Assembly: GCA_030616365.1 (NCBI GenBank)
Contig: JAUWXM010000002.1
Span: forward strand, 1-45,758
Direction: 5' to 3'
DNA: 45,758 bases
Source: a bacterium
GTDB lineage: Bacteria; UBP18; UBA7526
Shown: in pieces, positions 35,613 to 44,727 of the stretch
Position numbering within the stretch: the first letter of the stretch is position 1
How the letters are laid out: every line of letters starts with the position of its first letter
Program-made: the position numbers and the translations under genes
Notes under the pieces: generated by a model
Seen by the model: only the letters and a program-made list of their open reading frames with translations
Told to the model about the DNA's origin: nothing
Database searches by the model: none

Positions 35613-36482
35613 TTATTCAAAAATGTACTCTAAAGAAATGTCGCTTCTGTCTCGGGGACGAAGGAGATCGAAGATGGTGAGCCTCCTTTTCTCCTTCTCC
35701 CGGATGACCTTTGGTTCTCCCTTTATCTTGGCCAGTTCTCCGGCTACCTTTATAGCATCATCCAGGTTACCTAACTCATCTACCAGGCCCAATTTCTTGG
35801 CTTGCTTCCCAGTAAATATCCTTCCATCTGCTAAGGAACGCACCTTTCTCTTATCTAAATTCCGCTCCTTTGCAATGACCTCGATGAACTGATTATGGAC
35901 GTCGTTTATCACCCTTTGAAGGAGGACTCTCTCTGCTGGGGTCATGGCCCGAGAGGGTGAGCCGATGTCCTTATGGACACCGCTCTTTATTACCTCAAAC
36001 TTCAGTCCCACTTTCTTAAATAATTCCTCCAGATTTGAGATGTGCATGGCCACTCCGATGGAACCAGTTACTGTTCCTGGATTGGCGATGATCTTATCTG
36101 CAGCACAGGCGATATAGTATCCCCCAGAGGCCGCCACCCCACCCATTGAGGCCACCACTTTCTTTTTCTCCCTGACCTTGTTCAACTCCTCGTAAATCTC
36201 CTGGCAGGCAGCCACTCCCCCGCCCGGGGTCTCAATCCTGATGACTAAGGCCTTGACCCTGTGATTCTTTTTATATTTATGAATCTTTTCAATTATCCCT
36301 CTTGAAGTATAGATGGGCCCTTTGATGTCAATGATGGCGACATTCCCCACCCCAAGCTCTGCCCTCCGTGCCAGGAATACTGAGAGGACGACTATTTCCA
36401 CAAGCAGGATGAGAAGAATAATCCCTCCCGCAACTATTCCCACGATGAGCGCTACCTTCCTTTTTTTCTTTTCTTTCTTCAT
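35613..36482 (-). CDS. sppA: Signal peptide peptidase SppA (36K type)
   Basis: An N-terminal transmembrane anchor, then SMGGVAASGGYYIACAADKI, GSIGV, and a K in SGVHKD. The RBS AGGAGG lies 5 nt upstream. Confidence 0.9.
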   Translation of the reverse strand: MKKEKKKRKVALIVGIVAGGIILLILLVEIVVLSVFLARRAELGVGNVAIIDIKGPIYTSRGIIEKIHKYKKNHRVKALVIRIETPGGGVAACQEIYEELNKVREKKKVVASMGGVAASGGYYIACAADKIIANPGTVTGSIGVAMHISNLEELFKKVGLKFEVIKSGVHKDIGSPSRAMTPAERVLLQRVINDVHNQFIEVIAKERNLDKRKVRSLADGRIFTGKQAKKLGLVDELGNLDDAIKVAGELAKIKGEPKVIREKEKRRLTIFDLLRPRDRSDISLEYIFE

Positions 36483-36512
36483 CTCTTCCTCCTATTTTAA
36501 AGTATCGAAATT

Positions 36513-36548
36513 TCAATAAAACAAGGTTCTCCCCGATTTATCGGGGAG
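36513..36548 (-). terminator. Hairpin/terminator between the CaCA gene and sppA
   Basis: On the minus strand, CTCCCCGA-TAAA-TCGGGGAG (36529-36548) is followed by AACCTTGTTTTATT. Confidence 0.5.
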
Positions 36549-36552
36549 GTTC

Positions 36553-37527
36553 TTATCTCATTTTGAATAGATAATACATTCCGATCAGGTAGACGGTGAT
36601 GATGAATAGACTATCGGGGCTGAAGCGGGGAACCTTCTTTTTCGAGCGATAGAGGAGACCCCCCAGAGTAATAATAGTTAGGGCAATTACTATCCCAGCA
36701 GTGAGAAGATTAGTAGAGGATACTGCCTTAAGTATCGGCCCATCGCGATAGAAAATATCGGTTAAAGGAATGATAGCTAAGTTGAACATATTGCTTCCCA
36801 GTAGAGCCCCAATGGCCATATCTAAAGCACCTATCTTGAGAGCGGTTCCTGCTACCACCACCTCAGGAAGAGAAGTGGTCACTGCCAAGAAGAAACTGCC
36901 CACAAATGTCCTACCCCAGTGAGTCTTTATAGCGATTTCCTCTCCCAGATTAGCCAACCAGATGCCCGCCCCCACAATGAATAGAGCAGCAATAATAAAC
37001 TTAGTAATTGGTAACTTCTCTCTTAACCCTTGACCCTTGACCCGTGACCCTTCATTTCTGCGCTCATATCTATAAACAAACCTCATACCCAGAAGATAGA
37101 TAATGAGGATTAAGAGACTATCTAGGCCGAACCATCCTAAAGAGAAGGGAGAATGAGACAGAATGCCTCCTCCCACTATGCCAACCAGGATAATACCAAA
37201 GAGACTGCAGATTGCCCCACCAACTATTTTAGATGTGGGACGCTTCTGACGATAAATGACAAGTAATAACCCCAGAGCCATAAGGTTAAAGGCATTGCTT
37301 CCCAGAAGATCCCCCAGGGCCAGGTCCGGAGCCTTTACCATTAAAGCGGCACCCATACTGGTTACTAATTCAGGGAGGGAGGTCACAGCAGCGATTAATA
37401 TTATTCCGATCCAGGCCCTGGTCAAACCTGTCCTCTGGGCAATCTGATCTCCGTAATGGCAGAGTCTTATCCCAGAGAAGATAATAATTAAAGCAGTAAC
37501 AATAAACTTAAGCCAAAGCAGTAACAT
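36553..37527 (-). CDS. Sodium/calcium exchanger family (CaCA, YrbG-like) membrane protein
   Basis: Two alpha-repeats: SLPELVTSMGA...GDLLGSNAFNL and SLPEVVVAGTA...GALLGSNMFNL. 324 aa. Confidence 0.85.
   Translation of the reverse strand: MLLLWLKFIVTALIIIFSGIRLCHYGDQIAQRTGLTRAWIGIILIAAVTSLPELVTSMGAALMVKAPDLALGDLLGSNAFNLMALGLLLVIYRQKRPTSKIVGGAICSLFGIILVGIVGGGILSHSPFSLGWFGLDSLLILIIYLLGMRFVYRYERRNEGSRVKGQGLREKLPITKFIIAALFIVGAGIWLANLGEEIAIKTHWGRTFVGSFFLAVTTSLPEVVVAGTALKIGALDMAIGALLGSNMFNLAIIPLTDIFYRDGPILKAVSSTNLLTAGIVIALTIITLGGLLYRSKKKVPRFSPDSLFIITVYLIGMYYLFKMR
37027..37054. repeat. Four tandem heptamers inside the CaCA central loop
   Basis: The units read directly as cccttga cccttga cccgtga cccttca. 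They encode NEGSRVKGQGL on the minus strand. Confidence 0.8.
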
Positions 37528-38118
37528 CTATTTGTTCTTCATCCTGAGGATTCTCTGGTGATAGAGACTAGGGCTTAGAGTTTTTACCAGATGGATTATC
37601 ATAGAGGAATGTTCTAAAGAAGAGGTCTTAAGGTAAGCCTCTTCTAAGGTCTCTCCAATAGCAAAACTTCCATGTCCTTTAATCATAGCGATTTTGCTCC
37701 CATTGAAGAGTTTTGCCAATTGAGAAGCAACGACCTCTGAACCAATGCTATTCTCGACGGCTAAGATAGGAACCTTTGGTAGATAGAAAGCGCCCTCTTC
37801 GTCAATGGGAATGATCTCCTTCTCTATGAGAGATAAAGCGATAGCATAAGGAGGGTGGGCATGGACGCAGGCCAAAGTAGAGGTTGCCTGATAGATCGCC
37901 CGATGAACGACCAATTCTCTTGAGGCAGCCTCTACTTTATCAGCGATTAGAGGGACAGAGACGATATCTTCCCCTGTCAAATTTCCCAGCATAGAACCCC
38001 GGCGGGTGATGAGGATTTCGTTTCCCCGCTTCACGCTCAGGTTCCCACTATGGGAGGCGATGAGCCCTCGAATGAAAAGTTCCCTACCGAATTTTATAAA
38101 ATCTTCTTCTAATCCCAT
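37528..38118 (-). CDS. Class II aldolase/adducin-family protein (fuculose-1-P aldolase / MtnB-like)
   Basis: HSGNLSVKRG...ITRRGS, and metal ligands in VHAHPPYA and KGHG. 196 aa. Confidence 0.8.
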   Translation of the reverse strand: MGLEEDFIKFGRELFIRGLIASHSGNLSVKRGNEILITRRGSMLGNLTGEDIVSVPLIADKVEAASRELVVHRAIYQATSTLACVHAHPPYAIALSLIEKEIIPIDEEGAFYLPKVPILAVENSIGSEVVASQLAKLFNGSKIAMIKGHGSFAIGETLEEAYLKTSSLEHSSMIIHLVKTLSPSLYHQRILRMKNK

Positions 38119-38370
38119 CTTGCTTCCCTACTCTATTTTATTGGGCAAAATACTAAATTCTAATATCGAAACTCTAAACAATATCTAAATTCAAAATTCA
38201 AATGACCAAAACAGTTTTGGATTTAGAACATTCGGATTTTGGACATTTGATATTGTTTCGGTCAATGCTTAATTATTTATGCTCTCTCCAATGCCAGCGA
38301 AGCGCATTGGGTTTTCGGATTTTCCCGCCTCTGGCGGGACCCCGTCGTATGGCGGTGGCGTGCTTCGGAT

Positions 38371-38838
38371 TTATCTATCTATTCCCTTTCCTCCGTAGAG
38401 CCAAGGATGAAGGATCTGAGGGTATTCACAGAGTTCCTGTGGTTTGAAAAGTAAACGGATTTCCCTCTCTGCATTCTCTTTAGAGTCGGCACTGTGCACC
38501 AGGTTGAACCTCTCATGAATAGCATAGTCCCCTCGAATACTTCCTGGTCCTGACTCTTCAGGAGTGGTTGCTCCGATTATCTTGCGTACCATACTTACCG
38601 CCTCCCTACCTGCTAAGACCAAAGCAACATTTGGCCCAGCAGTAGTGAATTTAATGAGGTATTTGAAGAATGGTTCACCTCTATGCATCTGGTAGAGTTT
38701 CTTGGCTAAAGGGATTGAGATATTGACCATCTTCAAGCCAACAATCTTAAGCCCCTTATCCTCAAACCTTTTAATGATTTCTCCGATTAACTTCCTCTGT
38801 ACCCCATCAGGCTTTATCAGAACTAAGGTTCTCTCCAT
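38371..38838 (-). CDS. ndk: Nucleoside diphosphate kinase
   Basis: ERTLVLIKPDGVQR, GPNVALVL, SIRGDYA and the catalytic NLVHSAD. Confidence 0.95.
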   Translation of the reverse strand: MERTLVLIKPDGVQRKLIGEIIKRFEDKGLKIVGLKMVNISIPLAKKLYQMHRGEPFFKYLIKFTTAGPNVALVLAGREAVSMVRKIIGATTPEESGPGSIRGDYAIHERFNLVHSADSKENAEREIRLLFKPQELCEYPQILHPWLYGGKGIDR

Positions 38839-38860
38839 CTCAAAATCTCCTTGATTTCTT

Positions 38861-39376
38861 TTAGAGATTTCTGAAAAAGTCAGAAATCTCTTTTATAATT
38901 CTTTTTCTGTTCTCAAAAGTTACTTCAATTATCTTGGCATCTTCTCTTTTTCTTATGGAATCCAGGAATTCGTTATGCCTGGCCTGTATGGTTCCCAAAA
39001 CTCTCTTTTCGCTATCCAAGGCCTTCTTTACTAAGGAGCAGAACTTCGGGGAATAGAGTTCCATCCTCCCTATCTCATCAATAATGATACACTCCTTATT
39101 CCTTAATGCCTCCTCTATGGCCGGGGCAGCAATCTCTTCCAAGTCTTTAATATTCACTCCGTATTTACTTACTCGATAAGGACTCCTGCAATCTACGTGA
39201 GCCAGTATTCCTTTCTTTCCATTTAAGGTAATAATCTCAAATCCTTTCCTTACGCCACCTTCTCTAATCTCTCTGGTATAAAATCCTCCAGCGTTTATCT
39301 TTAGAATATCAATCACCTCTCTAATGACTGAAGTCTTTCCAATGCCTGGTCTACCGGTCAGTAAAATATTGTTCAT
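38861..39376 (-). CDS. THEP1-like nucleoside-triphosphatase (NTPase_1)
   Basis: P-loop LTGRPGIGKTS, YGVNIKDLEE, and Walker B IIIDEIGRMEL. It is colinear with my recollection of Aquifex THEP1. Confidence 0.8.
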   Translation of the reverse strand: MNNILLTGRPGIGKTSVIREVIDILKINAGGFYTREIREGGVRKGFEIITLNGKKGILAHVDCRSPYRVSKYGVNIKDLEEIAAPAIEEALRNKECIIIDEIGRMELYSPKFCSLVKKALDSEKRVLGTIQARHNEFLDSIRKREDAKIIEVTFENRKRIIKEISDFFRNL

Positions 39377-39379
39377 CTT

Positions 39380-40330
39380 CTATCTCATGAAGAATTGTAC
39401 TACCCATCCCAAAGAATAGGCCAAAATACCGGATCCCACAAGAGTAAAAATCCAGCCAGTAAAGATATTGCCCAGCGTCTTCTTATTGACCATCCTCATC
39501 CCCTTCACCAATCCTACGCCTACTACGGCACCTACCACTGCCTGAGAGCTGGAAACGGGAACATGAAGCTGGACATATATATGGAGAGTAACGGCCTGGG
39601 CCAGGACCACTATTAGGGCCGAGAAAGGATCCAAAAGGGTTATCTTCTTCCCTACAGTATACATTACATTTCGGGAATAGGTTAGAGCACCTAGGGCAAT
39701 ACTTCCTCCTCCTAAAAGAGTAGCCATAAGAGGAGAGAAGCCGGGCACTACCCCCACAAAGGTTCCGGTGGTGTTGGCAACATTATTCGCTCCCAAAGTA
39801 TAGGCGGCATAGCAACCGATGATAATAGAGGAGATTCCCACTATTCTATTGAAGACCATTAAGTTCTTGACTCTCTTCTGCCAGACAAAGGCTAAGAATT
39901 TATAGAGAAGATAGGCGATGACCACTGCCCCCAAAGGGGTTAATATCCAGCAGATGAAGACCTTACGTAACAGGACATATTCTATCTTGGTATGTCTTAG
40001 CAAGCCTACCCCGATAATGGCTCCGATAATTGCTTGTGAGGTGGAAACAGGAATCTTGAGTTAACTCATTAAGTTTACGGTCAGTGCTGCAGCCAGAGCG
40101 GAGACCACTGCGGTCCAGATGACTAAATTGGTAATGCCCCCCACAGTTGCAAAACATTTCCTTCCCTCCAAGAGAGCACCAATAATAACGAAGATCGCGG
40201 TTAGAATGGTTGCCGTGCGATATCTTATAATTTCAGAATTAACCTGGGGGCCAAAGACATTGGCGGCATCGTTTGAACCTAAGCCCCAGCCCATATAGAG
40301 ACCAGGGAAAGGAATGAGAAATCTAAACAT
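39380..40330 (-). pseudogene. PiT-family inorganic phosphate transporter interrupted by one in-frame TAA
   Basis: The N-terminal ORF (GLGSNDAANVFGP...) ends at the TAA at 40061-40063. The same frame continues LKIPVSTSQAIIGAIIGVGL into the ORF listed from 40003. GANNVANTTG and PVSSSQAVVGAVVGVG lie in the second half. Confidence 0.8.
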
Positions 40331-40356
40331 TTGTTCCGTCCCCTTTTTTTAGATCC

Positions 40357-40998
40357 TTAAACCTGTTTTTTAATAATTAGGATCTCTAAGACATCGGCAG
40401 CATCCTCTATCACATCGGAGATGCTTGCTATGTGCCAGATGACATCCCGCAAGAGCATCTTCTGAGACAAAAGTAACTCGGAAGTGAATATGCGGCGATT
40501 CAGCTTCCATTCCTCATCATCTACCTTAGCCTCTAATCCATGAACCTCGATGGTCTTTTCCCGCGAAAGGGAGAAGTCTTTGAAAAGATTCATCTTCCCC
40601 TCCCTCAAGGGAAGGAAGACAGCTATGGAATCGATGGTAGTTTTTCTAAAATCTTCTTTAAACTCCTCTGGAATTTCTGGCCGGGTGAGCATAATGAAGT
40701 CACAAGTCGATTCTGCCCGATCAGCGATTTTATCTATGGCTAAGGCTAGGCCAATCAGGTCTTCCCGCAGAGCGGGAAGGAAAGCGCCCTTATGGAATTC
40801 CTCAATTATCCTGCGCCTTAAGCCATCTGCCGCCCCTTCTAAGTTATGGGTCTTGAGAGCATTTGCCTTGGCCGAATCGATATTCCCTCCCAGATAATCC
40901 TCAATGGTCTTTCTCATGCTTTCCAGGCACTCCCCTATCTTCTCCAGATGCTGGTCCATCAAGGATATAACCTCCTCTTCTCTTCTTTTTCTAGGCAT
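40357..40998 (-). CDS. DUF47 / PhoU-like putative phosphate transport regulator
   Basis: 213 aa and helical. It lies directly upstream of the PiT gene, which is the usual DUF47-PiT pairing. Confidence 0.7.
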   Translation of the reverse strand: MPRKRREEEVISLMDQHLEKIGECLESMRKTIEDYLGGNIDSAKANALKTHNLEGAADGLRRRIIEEFHKGAFLPALREDLIGLALAIDKIADRAESTCDFIMLTRPEIPEEFKEDFRKTTIDSIAVFLPLREGKMNLFKDFSLSREKTIEVHGLEAKVDDEEWKLNRRIFTSELLLSQKMLLRDVIWHIASISDVIEDAADVLEILIIKKQV

Positions 40999-41001
40999 CT
41001 T

Positions 41002-42633
41002 CTACCTCCTTTCTTTCTTCATTAAATCTTTTAAACTGGTCTTTGCCTCCTTCTCGCTTCCCATATATTCTTTCATCTCTTCTTCGTCCTTATCTAAGAG
41101 ATATTCCTTGATGCTCAGGGCGATCTTCCTCTTTTTTCTGTCTACCTTTATTATTTTGGCCATCACCTCTTCTCCTGAGGAGACAGCATCCTCACAGGAT
41201 TCCACCCTCTTCTTTGCCAATTGAGAGATATGGATCAATCCTTCTATTCCCCTTTCTAGTTCCACGAAGACTCCGAAGGGGACGATATCTATCACCTTGA
41301 CCTTGAGATGCATCCCCTCTTTGAACTTCTCATAGGGGTCTGGCGTAAGCTGCTTCAAGCCGAGTGAAATCTTCTCTTCCTGGGGATTGACATCCAATAC
41401 TACAACCTCATGTTCCTCCCCCTCCTTTACTATTCTCGAAGGATGGGAGATCCTTTCCTCCCAGGATAGATCAGAGATGTGGATGAGACCCTCCAGGCCA
41501 TCCTCCAATTTCAAGAAGGCCCCGAATCTGGTAATCCCGGTTATTCTCCCCTTTACCCTGGAACCTATGGGATACTTCTTCTCCATCTCTTCCCATAAGA
41601 GGCTCTTCCTATCCAGAGTCATCCTCTGATTTTGAGAATCGACATTCAAGACCTTCACCCCAACCTTCTCCCCCACCTTTAAGGCCTGGGAAGGATGTTC
41701 CAAATAGCTAGAGGACGAAAGACGCGAGACATGCAAAAGCCCCTCCAGGCCTTCTTCCAATTCTACGAAGGCCCCGTAGTCTGTTAAGGTGGTAACCTTC
41801 CCAGCCACTATAGAGCCCGGAGGATACTTCTTCTCTGCTTCTTCCCAGGGGTCTGGTTTGAGTTGCTTCAATCCCAGAGAGATTTTTTCTTTCTCTTTAT
41901 TCAGGGAGAGGACCAAGGCCTCCACCTCTTCTCCAACAGAGAGAAGCTCCGAAGGATGTCTCAGATGGGCATAGGAGATATCCTTGATATGGACCAGACC
42001 GTCGAATCCCCCCAGATCAACGAATGCCCCAAAGTTAATCAAGCTCTTTACCCTTCCCTTCAGAACATCCCCCACCTGGGTCTGGGAAAAGATCCTCTCC
42101 TTTGCTTTCGCTCTCTCTTCCTCTAAGAGCACCCGGCGCGAGAGAACCAGATTCTTTCTTTTTCTGTCCAATTTAATAATCCGTACTTTAATCTTCTGGC
42201 CAACAAACCCTTCCAGATTATATCTGGGATAAAGATCTACATGGGAACCAGGAAGGAATCCCTCCTGACCAACATCGACCATAAGTCCCCCCTTAATCCT
42301 TCGCCTCACCATTCCTTCCAATATCTTCTTTTTCTCGAAAGACTGACTTAAATTCTCCCAGATAATGGTCTCTTCCGCCCTCTTTTTAGAAAGGAGGACA
42401 AGCCCTTCCCCCCCGGCTCTCTTCATAATGTAGACCGGGAGTTTATCCCCAACCCTGGGCGGTTCCTTAAATTCCCTTCTGGGGATGATCCCTTCCACCT
42501 TATACCCGATATCGACTAAGACTCCATCATCCATTATCTGAACGACTCTTCCCTCCACTATCTGGTCCTGGCGAATGGATTCTCTGGCAAAGGATTCCTC
42601 GTATAATTGCTTCAGTTCTTTCTTAGTTGCCAT
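41002..42633 (-). CDS. rpsA: 30S ribosomal protein S1
   Basis: Six S1 (OB) repeats of the type G.V...T.FGAFV.L..G.EGL.H.S. 543 aa. Confidence 0.93.
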   Translation of the reverse strand: MATKKELKQLYEESFARESIRQDQIVEGRVVQIMDDGVLVDIGYKVEGIIPRREFKEPPRVGDKLPVYIMKRAGGEGLVLLSKKRAEETIIWENLSQSFEKKKILEGMVRRRIKGGLMVDVGQEGFLPGSHVDLYPRYNLEGFVGQKIKVRIIKLDRKRKNLVLSRRVLLEEERAKAKERIFSQTQVGDVLKGRVKSLINFGAFVDLGGFDGLVHIKDISYAHLRHPSELLSVGEEVEALVLSLNKEKEKISLGLKQLKPDPWEEAEKKYPPGSIVAGKVTTLTDYGAFVELEEGLEGLLHVSRLSSSSYLEHPSQALKVGEKVGVKVLNVDSQNQRMTLDRKSLLWEEMEKKYPIGSRVKGRITGITRFGAFLKLEDGLEGLIHISDLSWEERISHPSRIVKEGEEHEVVVLDVNPQEEKISLGLKQLTPDPYEKFKEGMHLKVKVIDIVPFGVFVELERGIEGLIHISQLAKKRVESCEDAVSSGEEVMAKIIKVDRKKRKIALSIKEYLLDKDEEEMKEYMGSEKEAKTSLKDLMKKERR

Positions 42634-43450
42634 AACTCTTGACCTTTTCTCTCACTTCATCTATCAGCCACTCTGGGGTGGAGGCTCCCCCGCTAATCCC
42701 AACTATTTCTCTGTTCTTCAGCCATCTGAGATCTATTTCGAATGGCCTCTCAATGTGATAGGTCTCGGTAAATTCTTTGCTGATCTGAGCCAGTCTTTTG
42801 GTATTGGCACTATTCCTTCCCCCGATGATGAGCATGAGATCTACCTTCTTTGCTAACTCTCTGGTAGAGCGCTGTTGTCTGGATACTGCACTACAGATGG
42901 TGGCATGGACTTTCAATTCCTTTGTCTTACTTCTCAATCTTTTGACGATCTCTTTGAAATTCTCCAAGGATTGGGTGGTCTGGGCTACTACCCCGATTCT
43001 GGAGTAAGACTCCATCTTCTCTACCTGGGAAGGCCTCTGGAGAACGATGCTTTTTTCCGAAGCCATACTCTCTACCTCTGGATGGCCCCGGTCACCCACA
43101 ATTACCAGTTGATAACCTTTTGCTTCTAACTCCCTTGCCCTTTCCTGGGCCCTCTTCACATAGGGACAGGTAGCATCGACGATCTTCAGACCCCGTTTCT
43201 TAGCTATCTCAATAGTAGCAGTGGGCAGGCCATGAGAACGAATGATGAGAGTTCCCGCTTTAATTCCCTTTAAATTATCTATTACTTTAAGCCCCCTTCG
43301 GGATAGTCTATCTACTACCTGGGGATTGTGGATCAAAGGGCCCAGAGTATAGAAGGGGCCCCTCTCTTCCCCAAGCGCCTCCTCTACTATTGCCAGGGCT
43401 CTCTTCACCCCAAAGCAGAAGCCTGATCCTTTAGCAATGATCACCCTCAT
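42623..43450 (-). CDS. ispH: 4-hydroxy-3-methylbut-2-enyl diphosphate reductase
   Basis: GFCFGVKRA, GPLIHNPQV, DATCPYV, GHPEV, TTQS, ICSAV and GGRNSANT. It overlaps the rpsA start by 11 nt. Confidence 0.92.
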   Translation of the reverse strand: MRVIIAKGSGFCFGVKRALAIVEEALGEERGPFYTLGPLIHNPQVVDRLSRRGLKVIDNLKGIKAGTLIIRSHGLPTATIEIAKKRGLKIVDATCPYVKRAQERARELEAKGYQLVIVGDRGHPEVESMASEKSIVLQRPSQVEKMESYSRIGVVAQTTQSLENFKEIVKRLRSKTKELKVHATICSAVSRQQRSTRELAKKVDLMLIIGGRNSANTKRLAQISKEFTETYHIERPFEIDLRWLKNREIVGISGGASTPEWLIDEVREKVKSYGN

Positions 43451-44727
43451 TCCTTTTGCATTTCCCTTATTCTATTCATGGTCTCATCGCTTATTGTCTG
43501 ATAGGCTTCTTTGGGTTTAAGGTGAGAGAATCTCTCAATGGCCAAGGGCCGGCCAAAAGAAACCTTTATCTTCCTTGGTCGGATGAACCTGCCCTTGAAG
43601 GGAAGGGCCCGATGGGAACCAACAATGAGGGTGGAAATTATCGTTGCTCCTGATCTATAGGCAAGCATCCCTACTCCTGGCTTCGGCTTGAGCAGTTTAC
43701 CGCTTGGACTCCTCGTCCCCTCAATAAAGATGAGCAGGGCCTCTCTATCTTGTAAGATCTTTAGGGCCTTTTTTGTGGCCTCTATGTCCGCTCCCCTTCT
43801 CTTTACCGGAAAGGCACCCAGCCTTCTTGTTAGATTACCGATGAAGAAGAATTTGAAAGTCTCTACTACCGCCATATAATGGAGCCTTCTGGGAGAGGAA
43901 ACGCCCACCAGTGGAGGATCTAAGAAGCTTAAGTGATTGGAGGCGATAATGAGTGGTCCCTTGCTTGGTATATTTTCCCTTCCCCTGACCTCTATTCTGA
44001 AGAGGAGTTTGAAGAGTAACCTTCCTATGAAGTGGAGAATGGTATAGAGAATCCACTTCTTCCTTCTCTTGCTTATCTCTCTTAAAACCGCCCCTACTTC
44101 TTCTTCAACGGTGAGATCTGTGGTATCGATCCTAATGGCATCGGCTGCCTTTTTCAAGGGGCCGGCCTTTCTGGTCATATCCGCCAGGTCCCTCTCTCTC
44201 GTCTCTCTCAAGACTTTAGAGAGGGGAACCTCATAGCCCCTTTCTTTCAGTTCCTTGCACTTCCTCTTTGCCCGCTCTTCTAAGGAGGCATCTATGTAGA
44301 ACTTTTTATCTGCTTCAGGAAGAACCACAGTTCCGATATCCCTTCCCTCTACAACAATCCCTCCCCTTCTTGCCATCTTCCTCTGAAATATTAGAAACTC
44401 CTTCCTTATCCCCGTTATCTTCCCTATTCTGGCTACCTTCTCATCCACCTCAGGGGTCTTTATCTTCTCTGAGATATCATCACCATTTAGAAAGATGCGC
44501 CATTCCCCACCTACTTCTTCAATCTCTATCTTTATCTCAGCGGCCAATCTTATCAAGGCCTTCTCATCTTTAAGGTCAATTTTTCTCTTTAGCGCCTCAT
44601 AGGTGAGGGCGCGATAAAGGAGGCCACTCTCCAGATAGGAGTAACCCAGCCTCCTGGCTATCAATTTCGCTAAGGTGCTCTTTCCCGCACCTGCTGGACC
44701 ATCGATGGTGACGGTTAGTCTTCTCAT
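43447..44727 (-). CDS. cmk: Fusion protein: cytidylate kinase (N) + 1-acyl-sn-glycerol-3-phosphate acyltransferase (C)
   Basis: The N-terminal ~220 aa carry IDGPAGAGKST, SGLLYRA and GRDIGTVV. The C-terminal ~200 aa carry the NHLSFLDP (H-x4-D), FPVKR and FIEGTRS motifs of PlsC/LPLAT. Confidence 0.85.
   Translation of the reverse strand: MRRLTVTIDGPAGAGKSTLAKLIARRLGYSYLESGLLYRALTYEALKRKIDLKDEKALIRLAAEIKIEIEEVGGEWRIFLNGDDISEKIKTPEVDEKVARIGKITGIRKEFLIFQRKMARRGGIVVEGRDIGTVVLPEADKKFYIDASLEERAKRKCKELKERGYEVPLSKVLRETRERDLADMTRKAGPLKKAADAIRIDTTDLTVEEEVGAVLREISKRRKKWILYTILHFIGRLLFKLLFRIEVRGRENIPSKGPLIIASNHLSFLDPPLVGVSSPRRLHYMAVVETFKFFFIGNLTRRLGAFPVKRRGADIEATKKALKILQDREALLIFIEGTRSPSGKLLKPKPGVGMLAYRSGATIISTLIVGSHRALPFKGRFIRPRKIKVSFGRPLAIERFSHLKPKEAYQTISDETMNRIREMQKE

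Noticed and set aside
36313-36519. ORFs 36313-36519 (+) and 36328-36516 (-) at the sppA 5' end
   Set aside because: Both overlap the well-supported sppA N-terminus in alternative frames or on the other strand, and both give low-complexity translations.
38202-38447. An 81-aa ORF in the ndk-aldolase spacer
   Set aside because: It is composed of translated repeat modules, overlaps the 3' end of ndk on the opposite strand, and has no RBS.
40061-40063. TAA reassignment (an alternative genetic code) as the explanation for the in-frame stop in PiT
   Set aside because: TAA, TAG and TGA all terminate well-conserved genes at the expected positions elsewhere in this window. Examples are TAA for sppA, ndk, apt and the epimerase.
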